Assembly: GCF_001194135.2 (NCBI RefSeq)
Contig: NC_068985.1
Coordinates: forward strand, 83,835,058 to 83,899,057
DNA length: 64,000 nucleotides
From: Octopus bimaculoides
Lineage: Eukaryota
Reading direction: 5' to 3'
Shown piece by piece: positions 11,061 through 22,575 of this stretch. How positions within the stretch are numbered: the first letter of the stretch is position 1; each line of letters starts with the position of its first letter. The notes beneath the pieces were generated by a model that worked only from the letters and a program-made list of their open reading frames with translations, ran no database searches and was not told where the DNA came from. A program made the translations under genes and the position numbers.

Positions 11061-13298
11061 AGTGATGGAGAAAAGGGAAAGGGGTTTATGTATTAGTAGA
11101 GAGAAAGAAAGCTGCAGGGAAAGATTTAGAAATAAAACCTAGCAGGAGGGGAGAGAGTAAAAGAAGTGGAGTTAAAATAGCAACATGGAAAGAGGAAAGA
11201 AAATGAAAAGATTAAGATGGGGACCAGAAACGCGTGTGTGAGAGAGAATGAAATATGAAGTGGAGAGAATAGGGTATGGAGTATGAAGATGACAGAAAGG
11301 AAAAGGGGAGAAAGCTAGAGACAGTAATAGATAGACAGCAAGATACACGAAATATTGAAATATCGTGACAGCGTAAGACAGAAAAAAAAAAGAAGAAAAC
11401 AAATAAAAAAAGCAAAAACAAACTTGTGCAAAAGAAAAGTGTAGAAAGAAGAAGATATAAAGATACAGGTGGAGAAGGGTGGAGAGGTAAACAAAAGTAG
11501 ATTATTTAAAGGAGAGAAATAAATATGAGTAGTAAAGATATGTGGGGAAGAAGAATAGGGAGAAATCAAAGAAATGTAAAGTTTATCTAAATCTTGAAGG
11601 AGGTGGAAAAGCCATGAAGCTCCCATCCTCTGCTTATACATTCTTCTCTATTTATATAATCCATTGTATTAATCAGTCTACATCACAGCAAAGGCACCCT
11701 TCCCATCACCATCACTTTTTTTTATTATTTTATTTTTCTCTTTTTTTTTCCTTCTTAATTCTATCTGTGCCCCTAGAATCATCCTGCTAGGTCAATTTTT
11801 GCCATAAAAGATTAATATAAACAGATAACTTCTCTAATAGACTCCAAATTAATGCCGAAGGCTTTATTTAAGGACTTTTCCATTGATTTCACTCTACGAT
11901 AAATGGAACTTGTGGATGGCCCCTTAAGCTTTCCAAAATTACCAGAGGAAAATGATCCTATTATGTATCCCATATGAAAATACCATTTAGTCAAGATAGT
12001 AAAATTATCATTCTGGTAATTTCTGAGCCTACATGCGTAAAATCTGGTTTGGATTATCTATCTTCGTGAATTGTAAATTTTCTTTTTCTTGTATTCTTCA
12101 GTGATGATATTCTGTTAAAAGTAACTTTGTTTTGCTTGTTTATTTATTTACAGTTCTTTTTCTTTTTGGTTGTTATGCTTTAGTAAACCTGACTAATCAT
12201 TTTAATAACATACAAAGAAGTCACAGTAATCCTTGATGCTACTGTCTCTGTTTCTCAAACCTAGAAGCTTCATTAAGTTCTTTATGTTATTATCTCATCA
12301 ACATGCTTTGTAATAGCAAGTTTCAGTTACAATTATTGTTCGGTGTCAAGAATACTTTAACAATGATGATAGTGATAGCAATTGTAATGATGATAATAAT
12401 AATAATAATAATAATAATGATGATGATGATGAAAAAATCTTTAGATCAGGATATGTACACATGCGATGATACAGTTGTGTGCACTAAAACTTTGCATGAT
12501 CTGAAAAAAAAAAAGAAAAAGAGAAACTGGTTTACTGTATTTTTCATTTTTCATTGTTTTTATTTGTTTTTGTCTCTGAATAAAAAAAAAATTGCTTTAT
12601 TTAAATTTAGGATTTGTTAAGGTGAAAAAACAAAATACGAGCCATGACTCTCTTGAATGAGAATGAGACACGCATTCACAAACCCACATACAAATACATA
12701 TGTGCATGCATGCGAACGCATACACTCCCCATGTGTAAAGATAATGCTATCATGAACCTCACACACTAATGTACACATTATTTGCACTGATAGATGCACA
12801 GACATACCAATCATGCATACACAGTTACCCTACCTATTGCCTACATGCACATACCTGTACTAACATATAAATACACAACTTCATACTCTGATAGATTATT
12901 TGTATGGTAACACGCTTATACAAATATACACATATAACAATGCACTCACAAACACATGCATGCTATGTTGATTAAAAAAAAAAAAAGAGTATTGTGCTAA
13001 GCTTCATCTATTTTGGTTTGGACATCAACCATTTAAAACCAACTGTCCAAATACATTGATTTCACCTTGTTAAAAAAACAGTTCACCTGCTTGAGGAGTG
13101 ATATGTATACATGCAGCATGTTTGTATTCTTCATGATAAAAATATTCAGCCTCACAATGTGGAGGATAAAACAAAGTAGGTTTTGAAAAGGAGAAATGAA
13201 CTGTATATTTATAACAACAGAAGCTGACACAATTTTACATCAATGAGCAAAACTTTTATGTAGTTTTATTTCTATTCTTTTTATTTATTTAATAGAGG

Positions 13299-13438
13299 AG
13301 CAAGCATGGCTGTGTGGCTGTATAATTTGCTTTGCAAATAGGTGGTTTCAGGTTCAGTCTCAATATGTGGCACCTTGAGCAAATGGTTTTTAACATAGCA
13401 TTGTGTTGTTCAAAGTCTTGTGAGTAAAAGTTGGATAG
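13299..13438 (+). mobile_element. SINE family A, head only
   Basis: GCATGGCTGTGTGG (A-box-like), GGTTCAGTC (B-box-like), TGGCACCTTGAGCAA. Confidence 0.65.
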
Positions 13439-13439
13439 A

Positions 13440-13822
13440 CACAGGCATGGCTGTGTGGTATGAAGCTCGCTTACCAACTGCATGATTCCAGGTTCAGTCC
13501 CACTGTGTGGCACCTTGGACAAGTGTCTTCTATTATAACCCCAAGCCAACCAAACTCTTGTGAGTGAATTTGGCAGGCAGAAACTGAAAGGAGCCTGTCA
13601 TCATCATCACTCAGTTTGTGTCTGTGTTTTTCCATGTACTACCACTTGACAACCAGTGCTAGTGTGTTTACATCCACATAACTTAGCAGTTTCGCAAAAG
13701 AGACTGATAAAATATCAGACTTTAAAAACCATAACTAGTAGGGTCAATACATTTGACTAAATGTTCTTCAAGGCAGTGCCCCAGCATGGCCACAGTCTAA
13801 TGAGTGAAAAAAGTAAAAAGTG
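13440..13822 (+). mobile_element. SINE family A, near full length
   Basis: Collinear with 15555-15948 from the tRNA-like head to the AAGTAAAA tail. Confidence 0.85.
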
Positions 13823-13845
13823 GAAGAAAAATCACAATTTTGTGT

Positions 13846-14022
13846 AGGTGCAGGTGTGGCTGTGTGGTAAGAGACTTTCTTCCCTGTCGCATGGCTCCAG
13901 GTCCAGTCTCACTGTGTGACACCATGGGCAAGTGTTTTCTACTATAGCCTCAGTCTGACCAAAGCCTTATGAGTGGGTTTGGTAGATGAAGACTGTTAGA
14001 AGCCCATCGTATATATATATAT
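13846..14022 (+). mobile_element. SINE family A, 5' half running into a gap
   Basis: A head then (TA)n and Ns. Confidence 0.8.
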
Positions 14023-14142
14023 ANNNNNNNNNNNNNNNNNNNNNNNNNNNNNNNNNNNNNNNNNNNNNNNNNNNNNNNNNNNNNNNNNNNNNNNNNNNNN
14101 NNNNNNNNNNNNNNNNNNNNNNNNNNNNNNNNNNNNNNNNNN

Positions 14143-14391
14143 TTGTTTTCTCTTTTGTTTTCTTTTACTTATTTCAGTCATTTGACTGCAGCCATGCTGG
14201 AGCACCTCCTTTAGTCAAACAAAGCGAGCCCATGACTTATTCTTTGTAAGCTTAGTACTTATTCTATCAGTCTCTTTTGCCAAACTGCTAAGTTATGGGG
14301 AAATAAACACACTAGTATCAGTTGTCAAGCAATGGTGGGGGGACAAACACAGACACGCAAATACATGCATACATACATACACACCCACACC

Positions 14392-14453
<62 letters not shown>

Positions 14454-14618
14454 ACATGCTTCTTTCCGTTTCTGTCTACCAAATCTACGTACAAGGATTT
14501 GGTCAACCCAAGGCTATAGTAGGAGACAATTGCTCATGATGCCATGCAGTGGGAATGAACCTGGAACCATGTAGCTGGGGAGCTAGCTTTTTACCACACA
14601 CCCACTTCTGTGCCTGTA
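14143..14618 (-). mobile_element. SINE family A, full length
   Basis: Reverse complement of the A consensus with an expanded internal TA/CA microsatellite. Confidence 0.85.
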
Positions 14619-15067
14619 TATAGGTGTATGTATGTGTGTGTGTGTGTGTGTATGTATAGTATATATATAAATCATAGTATGTGTGTGTGTAATGATTAAT
14701 GCATACATTTCCACAAGTCTCAACCTATTTTCACCAAACTTTTTGTATGCACATTACTTTGTCTTGAGGATGGTCATGCATCGTGCTCTAACGGATAGAT
14801 ACCATTCCTTAAACTAACCTGTTTACACCATGTACTGGGTGATTTCTGTGGAAGCAGCACTATCAAGGTTATCATGCAGCTTGCAAGACTATGAACCCCA
14901 AGTGGGTCACCTTTATGCTGGAAGATGAGGAGTAGTGAGAGGTTAAAGTATGAGAGAAAAGAGCCAGAGCAGAAAAAGTTTTCTGCTTTATAGAAATTAT
15001 GTATTCACTTCAATAAACACATACATCCAGCTTCACAGAGATACAAGCATATGTTTACATATATATT

Positions 15068-15280
15068 AGTTTCAAATTTTGGCACAAGGCCAGCAATTTC
15101 GTGGGTAGGGTTAAGGCAATTACACCAACTCCAGTGTTCAACTGGTACTTCTTTTATCAACCCCAAAAGGATAAAAGGTTAAGTCAACCCTGACAGAATT
15201 TGAACTCAGAACATAAAAAGTGATGAAATTCAGCTAAGCATTTAGCCCAGCATTCTAACAATTCTGTCTGTTTGACACTT
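15068..15280 (-). mobile_element. SINE family B
   Basis: GTTTCAAATTTTGGCACAAGGCCAGC...AACTGGTACTT...AGAATTTGAACTCAGAAC. Confidence 0.8.
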
Positions 15281-15339
15281 TAAATCTTTTGTGGATTAAA
15301 ATTTTTTTCATCAACCAATGTTTGAGTGTTCAGACAACA

Positions 15340-15533
15340 TTAAACCCTTTACCATTTAAACCGTCCATATCCAGCCAAAATATTCAACTTGTTTTATGTC
15401 CAAATTGTCTAGATCTAGCCTCTCACACTAGCCCTACAATATCATTTCAAAAATTAATAGTTACCTCATCAAAATTTCAAAGCTACAAGATAATGCATGA
15501 GTAATTTAAAAACAATGTGAATAAATAAGTATT
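15340..15533 (+). mobile_element. piggyBac-type MITE, copy 3 (right TIR lost)
   Basis: TTAA then ACCCTTTACCATTT; collinear with 7083-7280. Confidence 0.7.
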
Positions 15534-15554
15534 AATTTTAACATTTATAAATAT

Positions 15555-15948
15555 AGGTGCAGGAGTGGCTGTGTGGTAAGTAGCTTGCTTACCAACCACA
15601 TGGTTCCGGGTTCAGTCCCATTGCGTGGCACCTTGGGCAAGTGTCTTCTACTATAGCCTCGGGCCGACCAAAGCCTTGTGAGTGGATTTGGTAGACGGAA
15701 ACTGAAAGAAGCCTGTCGTATATATGTATATATATATGTATGTGTGTGTGTATCTGTGTTTGTCCCCCAACATCGCTTGACAACCGATGGTGGTGTGTTT
15801 ACGTCCCCATAACTTAGCGGTTCGGCAAAAGAGACCGTTAGAATAAGTACTAGGCATCCAAAGAATAAGTCCTGGGGTCGATTAGCTCAACTAAAGGCGG
15901 TGCTCCAGCATGGCCACAGTCAAATGACTGAAACAAGTAAAAGAGTAA
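15555..15948 (+). mobile_element. SINE family A, young full-length copy
   Basis: tRNA-like head (GGAGTGGCTGTGTGGTAAG...GGTTCCGGGTTCAGTCCC), CORE-like CACCTTGGGCAAGTG, central microsatellite, tail; very similar to 19041-19460. Confidence 0.9.
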
Positions 15949-16111
15949 GTATTATAAATATGTATTACTTTTATTTTAATAAATATTACTTTTAACAGAA
16001 TAATGGGAATACTAAAGACTTAAACATATTAAATTCACCTAACTGTCTCATTTTTCCAAACAAGAAGTGTTTGAAAAGGATTTGAGTGTGATTTGTTTTT
16101 CCTGGAGTTAA

Positions 16112-18129
16112 TCTATAATATGAATCCCGTTCTATTTGTGCATGTGTGTGTGTGTGAGTGTGTATAAAAAATTATAATGGCCATATTTTTCAACTGATTT
16201 TCTCCAAACTGGGGACATACATTAGTTATGTTCCAGGGATGGTTTTAGACTCCTAAAATTTTTCACATAATGAGTAATGGGCTCCCTGAGGGCAGAAAAT
16301 ACCTGTTCCTGGGTTAAGTGGTGAAGGATGGTAACTCTTTTCAAACTAACTTTCAGAAATTGATTGTCTCCCTTACATCCATTGGTCATAAAAAAATTTA
16401 AATATTGCTTTATATATTAGATTCACGTCTTTGAAAGTTTTTTTAAATATTTACTTCAGGCTTTCTAGCGTCTCTATCTATCCATCTCTATCTTTCTATA
16501 TTTCTCTATCTATATCTCTGTATCCATCTCTATCTCTATATCTATCAATCTCTCTGTATCTTATCTATCCATATCTCTTATTTGTCTAACTAGGTAGCTC
16601 TCTCCCCCTCTCTCTATATCTTGCTCACTCTCTATTGTTTTCACTTTAATTTATCAGACGCAATTGTTTTCACTTTAAGTTCAATCGCTATTCTTTTCAC
16701 TGTAAGTTTTTAATTGCTATTTACAAACAACGACAAATTACTGACAGAAAGAGGCTCACTATTACTGATGAAAGTAATTTCATACATAATTTACTGACAT
16801 AAATAACTTTATAAATTTTACTTCAATCCATACACTTCGTTAAATTTGCATACAAATTTCTTATTTACTTTTGTGACGTTTTGTGTTTTTTGTTTCTTGA
16901 CGGAATTACAGATAAAAGTAAATTCATAATTTACTGACAGAAGTAACTTCAAAAATTCATTTAAATCCATGCAAAGTTAATTTCCCTAAAAATTCCTCAT
17001 TTATTTTTGCAACGGTTTTGTGTTTTTCTACTGTTAAGTTTTTTTCTGGTTCCTTTGATACTGGCTCTTTGGTTCACTGACAAATTTCACTTCAACCCAT
17101 ACGATTCTTTATTTTCTGTAAAAATTTCTTATTTACTTTCTGCCCGTCTTATTAAGAAATATAATTTCCATTACCCAGTTGTTTTCATTGTTTACTATCT
17201 TCTGCACCTGTATATTTCTGTATACGCATATAACCATGCCTAGAAGGAAAGTGTCAAATTTGTCTACAATGTCAAGGTCAGCCAAAAGAATGTCTCTGTC
17301 CAGGAAAAGAAAGACAACTGCAGAAAAGGAAGCATACCAAGCAACAAAAAGACTGTTCACTACAAAAGCCAGAACATCTCAAAGTGATGGACAGTGGTAT
17401 GCATGGCTGACACGGAATAGGATTTCCATTGCAGAATGAAGAGCAGTTGCAACAGCTCAGAGAAGCAACTTCTATGAAGCAGCTTTCAGTTATGATCCAG
17501 CAGTTCCTTATGCAGATGACACTAGAGTTTTCATTGGTGCAATGACAAATGAGTGCATACATTGTAAAGCAAGGAAGTGGCCTTCAGATACACTTGCCCT
17601 GTGCCGCAGTGGTGAAAAGGTTGAACACCCTGCAATCCCCCAACCTCCAGAGTCATTGAAAAAACTGCTGTCATCAACTGACCAAAATTTCCAAACACTT
17701 CCAAAAGAAAATTAGACAATACCACACTGCACTACAGATGACATTATTTGGAGCCACAAGAGATTCTTGCTGAGCCAGGATTCAAGGTCAGATTTATCAT
17801 CGGATTGGCTCTCTACTTTTTCCGTCAAATGAATCTCCAAAATTGGCCTTTCATTGTTTATAATCTGTACCTGTTTTTTGGTTATGAAATAAGCTACACA
17901 ATGCATGTTTTTGAATTAAGTGTATTTACTTTATATACATATATGAGTTGAAAACTTTATTTTAACATTTCACTTAACATCTATGTTCCATGCTGGCATG
18001 GGTTTCAGAGTTATCAATGTCGAAAGTTAGTATCTCAGCCACTAACAGTTGAGACCTGCATAATCTAGGTGACATTTTAAAATTTCATTATTCTCTTTAA
18101 CCTAGGTAATGCCGGCATATTTCTGCTTG
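16112..18129 (+). mobile_element. non-autonomous Helitron (~2 kb)
   Basis: A|TCTATAATATG 5' end; 3' end CCTAGGTAATGCCGGCAT-ATTTCTG-CTTG|T (degenerate hairpin plus CTAG variant); internal RepHel fragment and short tandem repeats. Confidence 0.6.
17236..17790 (+). pseudogene. Helitron RepHel N-terminal fragment
   Basis: Across frameshifts: MPRRKVSNLS...AAFSYDPAVPYADDTRVFIGAMTNECIHCKARKWPSDT..C.SGEKVEHP..PPESLKKLL..SKHFQKKIRQYHTALQMTLFGA, the Cys-rich motif and F...IR.YN.AFQMTSFG block of Helitron proteins. Confidence 0.85.
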
Positions 18130-19040
18130 TGATAAAATATGTTGCTTTCTGCAGAATACAAATGAAAAGATAGACTTAAGGATTGGTCTTTTATGTTTTG
18201 TTGGCTTCCAGCCTTCTCTTGATCTGTTCATGGAGAACTTAATTGAAAACTTAGAAAAGTAAACATAGTTACTTAATGTTTTCTGAATATGAGTTAATGT
18301 CTTTAGCAGATCTAGAGTAAAGAAGGGATTGTGAATGATAATGAAAGGACTTTGACAGAGCTAACTGATAATTGATTAAGTGAACAATTAATCAAACTGA
18401 TTAGTTAATTGGTTAAATGTCAACAAATTGGCTAATAAGAATGATAATAAAAGAAGTGAAATAGAATCAGTGTATGTGTTTATTATTATTATAATGATAC
18501 TCTTTAGATGCAGCAAAATCTGTTTCAACATTGGTTTACATCAAGAATCTTGCCAACCAAAGAATGAAATATTCAACTTAACAAATATTACGAAATAACT
18601 GTGATCTTGACATTAAGAAGCCAGTATTTTAATCACTTGGTTATTGTGTTGACGAATGCACTTTAATATAACAACCTTTAATGATATAGAAATATTATTT
18701 TAATATTATAGCCATGGTATTTAAGTGATCAATATTTGTCAGTAAAAACTCTCAGGCAAAATTAAAAAGAAGATATTAGTTATCTGCTATATCAATATTG
18801 AAATAGACTTTCTTTAAAACAAATTACTCAGATATCAGAAAAATGATGCAAATAGAAACTGGAATAATTGTACTGTACAAAAAAGTTGCTCAAGTAATTG
18901 AAATACCTTTCTTATATGAGGTTAATTAAATCACCTTATACACTGTATCTATTTTTCAGAACATGTATATGATGTACAAATGAATTTGAGCTCAAATAGA
19001 TTCAAATGGATTTGAGCTGAAATAGATACTCCATAATTAT

Positions 19041-19460
19041 AGGCGCAGGAGTGGCTGTGTGGTAAGTAGCTTACTTACTAACCACATGGTTCCGGGTTCA
19101 GTCCCATTGCGTGGCACCTTGGGCAAGTGTCTTCTACTATAGCCTCGGGCCGACCAAAGCCTTGTGAGTGGATTTGCTAGACGAAAACTGAAAGAAGCCC
19201 GTCATATATATGTATATATGGATATATATATATATATGTTGTGTATCTGTGTTTGTCCCCCCAACATCGCTTGACAACCGATGCTGGTGTGTTTAAGTCC
19301 CCGTATCTTAGCGGTTCGGCAAAAAGAGACCGATAGAATAAGTACTAGGCTTACAAAGAATAAGTCCTGGGGTCGATTTGATTTGACTAAAGGCGGTGCT
19401 CCAGCATGGCCGCAGTCAAATGACTGAAACAAGTAAAAGAATAAAAGAATAAAGAATAAA
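19041..19460 (+). mobile_element. SINE family A, young full-length copy
   Basis: As 15555-15948; ends in AAAGAATA repeats. Confidence 0.9.
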
Positions 19461-21919
19461 ATGCATATTTATGTAGTTGGTGTGTAGTTTATATTGTTTT
19501 GTATCTAATTGGAAAAATAATTTCAGTGGGTTGTTTTTAGGTTTGGTAAGAGTGTCTGTGAGAGCCGTGTCTGATGTTTAGGTTTGGTCTCTTGGTTGAT
19601 CCATTTTATATTACTTATACCTTATAATTGAGTCTCTAGTGAAACATTTCAAATTACTTCTCTGATTCCACTGTGAGTACTAAGCTGTCAGTACACAGGA
19701 GTTCTTTCAGACAACTTGTCTGAACTCAGCTTCAATGGACACTTGCATTTACATTAAATTCTTAACTGAACTCATTTCCAACTTTTCCAACTCTCATTTA
19801 CCAAAGACTGTATCTGAACATGGTTTGTACAACTCTTGCACTTAGTTTTCTTAATGACCACCTGAATACAGCATGTGGTATCCTTGTCAAATATGGAGAA
19901 TTTAGATCAATTGATAGTAAGCATAATGTCTTTCTGTTAGCCAAGGATGTCTCTTTTAGTTGTCTCATTAGGAAAAGGACATTGTTATCCCAAACCCAAA
20001 CTGCTTTGCATCTAAGCCAATTCTCTTCCTAATGACTTGTGCTACATTTGTGTTACCATTGTAATTTACTCCATCAGTTTGGTACTACTTTAAGTGGTTA
20101 TTTATAGGACATTTCCAAATTTCTTTAATTGGTATAATGAAAAGTAAGTCTGGAGAGGTTGAAGAGATAATAGAGGTGAGTAGATGATTGCTATTCATAA
20201 AAGACCTAGGAGTGAGGGAAATCTCAGCGAGACTCTTCATGAGTAAAAAATACAAATATAAATTCTTCTGGGTGGGCGGAGTAAGAATGTATACGAGTCA
20301 ATTGAGTAATTTATCTTCATGCACTCAAGAAGAATTAATGTCTTTATTATGTATTTAACATTTGACAGGTTTTTTGGCTCTTTCGTTGACATATTCACAA
20401 GATAGGTGACAATAGGAACTAAATGAAAGCTCCCTACTCTCTTATTTTATTACTCAGACTCTTTAACAGTTAGTAAACGTTTATACAATTTCTCCTCTAT
20501 CATATGTCATAAATGATACCACAGTTTTAATTATTTTCAAGTTAATTTATTATAATTCCACTTTTTACCTACACCTGTTTTTATAAACATACTTTAACTG
20601 CAAAATCAGAAATAAGTATTTCCCAGTAAATTCCATTATGTTTATTTGCCAAAATATGTACATTTTTGTTTGTAAATGTAATCTGTTGGGTGAGTTCTAG
20701 TTGAAACCACATCAACCATTACTGCAATCCATTGAAGTAGAGTAGACATAAGCTGCTTGGAATTATAGTAAACTGGTCATCATACACTCTAACTAATGAA
20801 TAGGGAGATAGAAATGTAATCTCTAGCTGAAAGAAGGCATTGCAGAATGTCTTTATATTATCTTATCTTATAGAATCTTCAAAGATAATCGACAGTTACA
20901 GAGGAAAACCAAACATCATTATGAAGAATTTCTCATTGAACAAATCCCCTATTGATTAGGGATTGGGATGGTTGGTGTACTAGACCGGAGATAAGCTCTG
21001 AGTGACCAGTCAGTGAATGGCATGTTGATTGAAGGATGATATTCCTTTTGTTAAAGTAGTGTGATATCCATTTGTTTCTCTTTGGAATCTTCCTTTGTTG
21101 GCAATATTACTGTCTTTAGTCTTGTAATTTACTGCTTATATAATTATTGGTACTGTTCAGATGATATCATCATTACCATGACAACCATGTACATATACAC
21201 ACTCTTGCGCTCTCTCTTTCTTTCTCTCTGTCTCTGTCTGTCTCTCTCTCTCTCTCTCATGCACACACACATATGAACACAATTATTTTATCTTCATTAT
21301 TATCTTTGTCTTCAACTCATTAAAGACAAACCAGCAATTTTTGAAAATATCTATTTATTTTAGCCAGTTTTTATACTTATTTTAAGTGTAATATTTCACA
21401 TAAATTGTTTTAGTTTAGGGAAAGAAATTGAATGTTCTCCGAAAAAAACAAACAAAAGAAAACAAGTAAATGAGAGAGAAAGAGAGGGTGGGGAACAATT
21501 AAATTTGTTTTATTTTCATTTTAATAATGCTGGTTAGTGAAATGAAACTTATACAACCTCTTCAAGTATCTTGGTTTTGAATTAAATTTGTCATATATTT
21601 GTTGCTATTGACCTGAACTTTTGATTGCAATAATAAAAGATAGGGAACTATTCAACTGTTATATAAATGATTATTTCTTACTCTAGTTTAACTGTGTTTT
21701 TTGTGATTCCTATCTACAGTTAGGTGGTGTGTGTTAGTGGAAGCTAAACATCTGTGCTAGAGACTTAGAATAACAGCAATGATGAGAATTCTTTTTTTTT
21801 TTCTTTTGTCTCTTTACCAGTAAATCAACACTTGAGTAATTTAGCTATCTGCAACTCTTAAAATGAGTTTTCTCAGTTATTTTTCAAGTTAAAAGTTGTG
21901 AACAACGGAATATTACATG

Positions 21920-22575
21920 CAATTCCTTCATGTGACTTTTAGAGGCCCCCTGCAACTTTTTGTTTCGTGGCCCCCATCCCTTCTGTCAAAATTCATAGTT
22001 TACGCACATTTTATTCATAGCTATATTTGATTTTATTCTATCTGAAGTTCAGTATTTCACATTATCCTAAAGAACATCTTTAAAAGTACAAGTTAAATTT
22101 ATTTTGGTCTATTACAAATTTCAACAAGTAAAACTTCCAGATATGAATGAAATAGCACTTTTATAATCCAGGCAACTTTCAAAGATGAACACGGTGCACT
22201 TTTCAATTCACAAAATCATCAATCATTTCAGAATAACCAAACTGAGCGCTAAGTTCGTGTTCAATAGATATCATAGACAATCCACAAAATCTGGTACATG
22301 TTAATGGTGCAATGTAATATTTTTGCCAGAACGTTTGCAGGTACATTGTATTAATGTTTTATTTCTTGAAATTTTCAGTTAACATAGTTTAATTCTTGTT
22401 TAACATCTTAACCAAAGTAAATAGATGACTCATCTACATANNNNNNNNNNTTGTTTAACATCTTAACCAAAGTAAATAGATGACTCATCTACATACTTTG
22501 ATCTTAACATGGGACCCCTCAACTGCAGAGACCCCCTACAACCATAAGGGTTGCAGGAGCTTAGTGGCAGCTCTG
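21920..22575 (-). mobile_element. internally deleted hAT transposon with transposase C-terminus
   Basis: Minus strand 22300-22179 reads RFCGLSMISIEHELSAQFGYSEMIDDFVN*KVHRVHL* (hAT C-terminal pattern); right end CAGAGCTGCC (minus); possible 8-bp TSD ATTACATG/ATTATATG; left TIR poorly conserved. Confidence 0.6.

Noticed and set aside
11812-11994. 60-aa ORF in unique sequence
   Set aside because: No recognisable motif or splice context; length is within chance expectation.
22396-22495. 45-bp direct repeat either side of a 10-N gap
   Set aside because: Exact duplicate across a placeholder gap; most likely unmerged contig ends.
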